The position numbers and the translations under genes were made by a program. The notes under the pieces were generated by a model. The model saw only the letters and a program-made list of their open reading frames with translations, had not been told where the DNA came from and did no database searches. A DNA stretch of 64,000 bases from Eledone cirrhosa (taxonomy: Eukaryota). Location of the stretch: NCBI GenBank assembly GCA_964016885.1, contig OZ024740.1:186992001-187056000 (forward strand), in the 5' to 3' direction. Shown one piece after another: positions 62,206 to 64,000 of this stretch (position 1 is the stretch's first letter; each line of letters begins with the position of its first letter).

Positions 62206-62564
62206 GGGGATTCCTTTCCTTTGTTTCTGTGCCTTTCCTTTCTTCTATCCTACGCCATTTTGTTTCTGTGTGTGTGTTGTGTGCTCAGTTTGCGCATGCG
62301 CCACATCCGGGTGTCTGTGTGTGTTTGTGTTCATTTATCTATTTGTTTATTTATTTAATTTATTTATTGTTGATTGGTTGTTTGTTCTATGTGTGTGTGT
62401 GTTTTCATTTTGTCCTGTGTGTGTTTTCATTTTGTCCTTAATTGTAAGTTGTTTGTTCTATGTGTGTGTGTGTTTTCATTTTGTCCTGTGTGTGTTTTCA
62501 TTTTGTCCTTAATTGTAAGTTGTGATGTTGCTGTTCCACTCATATTTTCTATTTAATTTTGGTT

Positions 62565-63395
62565 TTAATTCTTTATGCTTACTGCCTCTGTAATTTGCCT
62601 AAACATTGCGTCTTTTCTGTGTGTGGATTCTATTTTTATTTCTATGTTCTCTAATCTACCCCTGTGTTCTATCTTAGCATGTTGGTAGAGCACAGATGAT
62701 TCTTTATTATCTTGGAGGTCTCGCCAGTGTTCATTTATTCGTTCCCCTATACTACGAGCTGTCTCACCTATGTACACTATATTTTTGTTTCTACATTGTC
62801 CTTCTGTACATCTTATGCTATACACTACATTTCTAGTTTTACAGTTAATATGGGGGCTTATTTTACAGGTTATACATTTCTTATCTATACATGAGGGTCT
62901 TTGGAACGGGTATGTCTTGCTAATAAGTGTTTTTACGGAGGTACCTGGTCTTTCTACTATCTTAATATTGAGATTATGTTTATTTAGGGCCCTTCTAAAT
63001 TTGTAGGCTAGTTCGCCTCTAGGGGTTATATTGATGAATATTACACTCTGGTGTTTATTGCTATCATACCATGAGTTTATTCTATTGGCCTTGTTCCTAG
63101 TTCTTTCTATTCTATTCCAAAAGTTGCTCCTATACAAGGGGCAGGTCCCATTTATGTCATTATTTATCATTTTTTCCCATTTGGTTCTGGCTCCTTTATA
63201 CACTCTGATTCTATCTCTCTGATTGTAGCCAGAGAACTGCATACGGTGGATGAAGTGTTGTATGTGTCTCTCTAGTTCTTCGGGGTTGCACATGCGGGAC
63301 ACATTCCTCATCACCCGTACCAAATCCACAATCAGTATGTTGATTTTGGTATGGTCCGAAATGGCCGAGTTTCGGTGGATCAGAAAGACCCTCAT
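62565..63395 (-). pseudogene. Penelope ORF C-terminus: thumb/linker + GIY-YIG endonuclease (5'-truncated)
   Basis: CIDKKCITC...CKTRNVVYSIRC...YIGETARSIGERINEH...RQITEAVSI. Confidence 0.9.
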
Positions 63396-63459
63396 GTATA
63401 GATAAGAAATGTATAAACTGTAAAATAAGCCCCCATATTAACTGTAAAACTAGAAATGT

Positions 63460-64000
63460 GAGATTTCACTGTCAAGGTTGCTGTATCGATCGATAGTGCT
63501 TCCCAGGTAGACAAACTGATCAACCACTCCAAGTCGTTTGCCATACACATAGATGTTTGGTTCAGTGTACTGCTTACCAGGGGCAGGTTGGTACATGACG
63601 ACGGTTTTCTTGAGACTGACAGTCAATCCTAGGGCAGTGCAAGCGTCAGAAAATGCATTCAAAATGTGCTGCATATCACTCTCTGTGTGCGCTACAAGAT
63701 CGCAATCATCTGCATACAAGAGGTCTCTTATGACTGATGTAAATACTTTTGTCTTCGCAGCAAAGCGCCTGATGTTAAATATGCTGCCTGAGGTTCGATA
63801 TCGGATGTAAACACCATGCTCGCAATTCCTGAATGCAATACAGAAAACCATTGCAAAATATATGGCAAACAGGGTCGGTCCTGGAATATCCCCCTGTTTC
63901 ACTACATTTTTTACTGAGATAGGCTCCGACATGTTACCTCCGACATTAACCCAAGCCTTCATGTTGTCATGGAAAGACCTAACTAAAGCAAGGAACTTAT
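63460..64000 (-). mobile_element. RTE-BovB-like LINE RT fragment
   Basis: VKQGDIPGPTLF...VYIRYRTSGSIFNIRRFAAKTK...LLYADDCDL...FVYLGS. Confidence 0.88.

Larger units (their letters stand above)
62060..63459 (-). mobile_element. Penelope-like element, 5'-truncated, with pLTR region
   Basis: GIY-YIG ORF followed by a non-coding region with a ~60 bp tandem duplication and a hammerhead motif; inverted internal segment at the 5' junction. The 3' boundary is approximate. Confidence 0.88.

Overview
AT-rich, microsatellite-dense eukaryotic DNA. It is probably an octopus/cephalopod intron or intergenic region; this is inferred from the SINE/LINE repertoire and not verified. No host protein-coding exon can be supported, and roughly half of the window is retroelement-derived. 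Contents: (1) several copies of an RTE-clade LINE with a (GAT)n tail, plus a tRNA/CORE-like SINE sharing an RTE tail, nearly always embedded in (TA)n; (2) a 14.5 kb alternating nest Dong(+)/Tx1(-)/Dong(+)/Tx1(-)/Dong(+) at 15.9-30.4 kb, with (AAT)n at three of the four internal junctions and one uninterrupted 863-aa R4/Dong RT+RLE ORF; (3) a second tRNA-SINE whose target duplications start with ATTATT and whose 3' end resembles that of the Tx1; (4) a third, divergent Tx1 in (TA)n; (5) a Penelope GIY-YIG fragment with a recognisable minimal hammerhead ribozyme, plus several hammerhead relics, two of them in foldback structures; (6) a non-autonomous Helitron, a CR1/L2 fragment and a BovB-like fragment. 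The most novel-looking signals are an apparently (ATT)n-specific Tx1 family with a candidate partner SINE, a head-to-head Tx1/Dong junction, a conserved splice donor at the Tx1 ORF1/ORF2 boundary, and the hammerhead-centred foldbacks. Coordinates were read by eye and boundaries of decayed elements are approximate.
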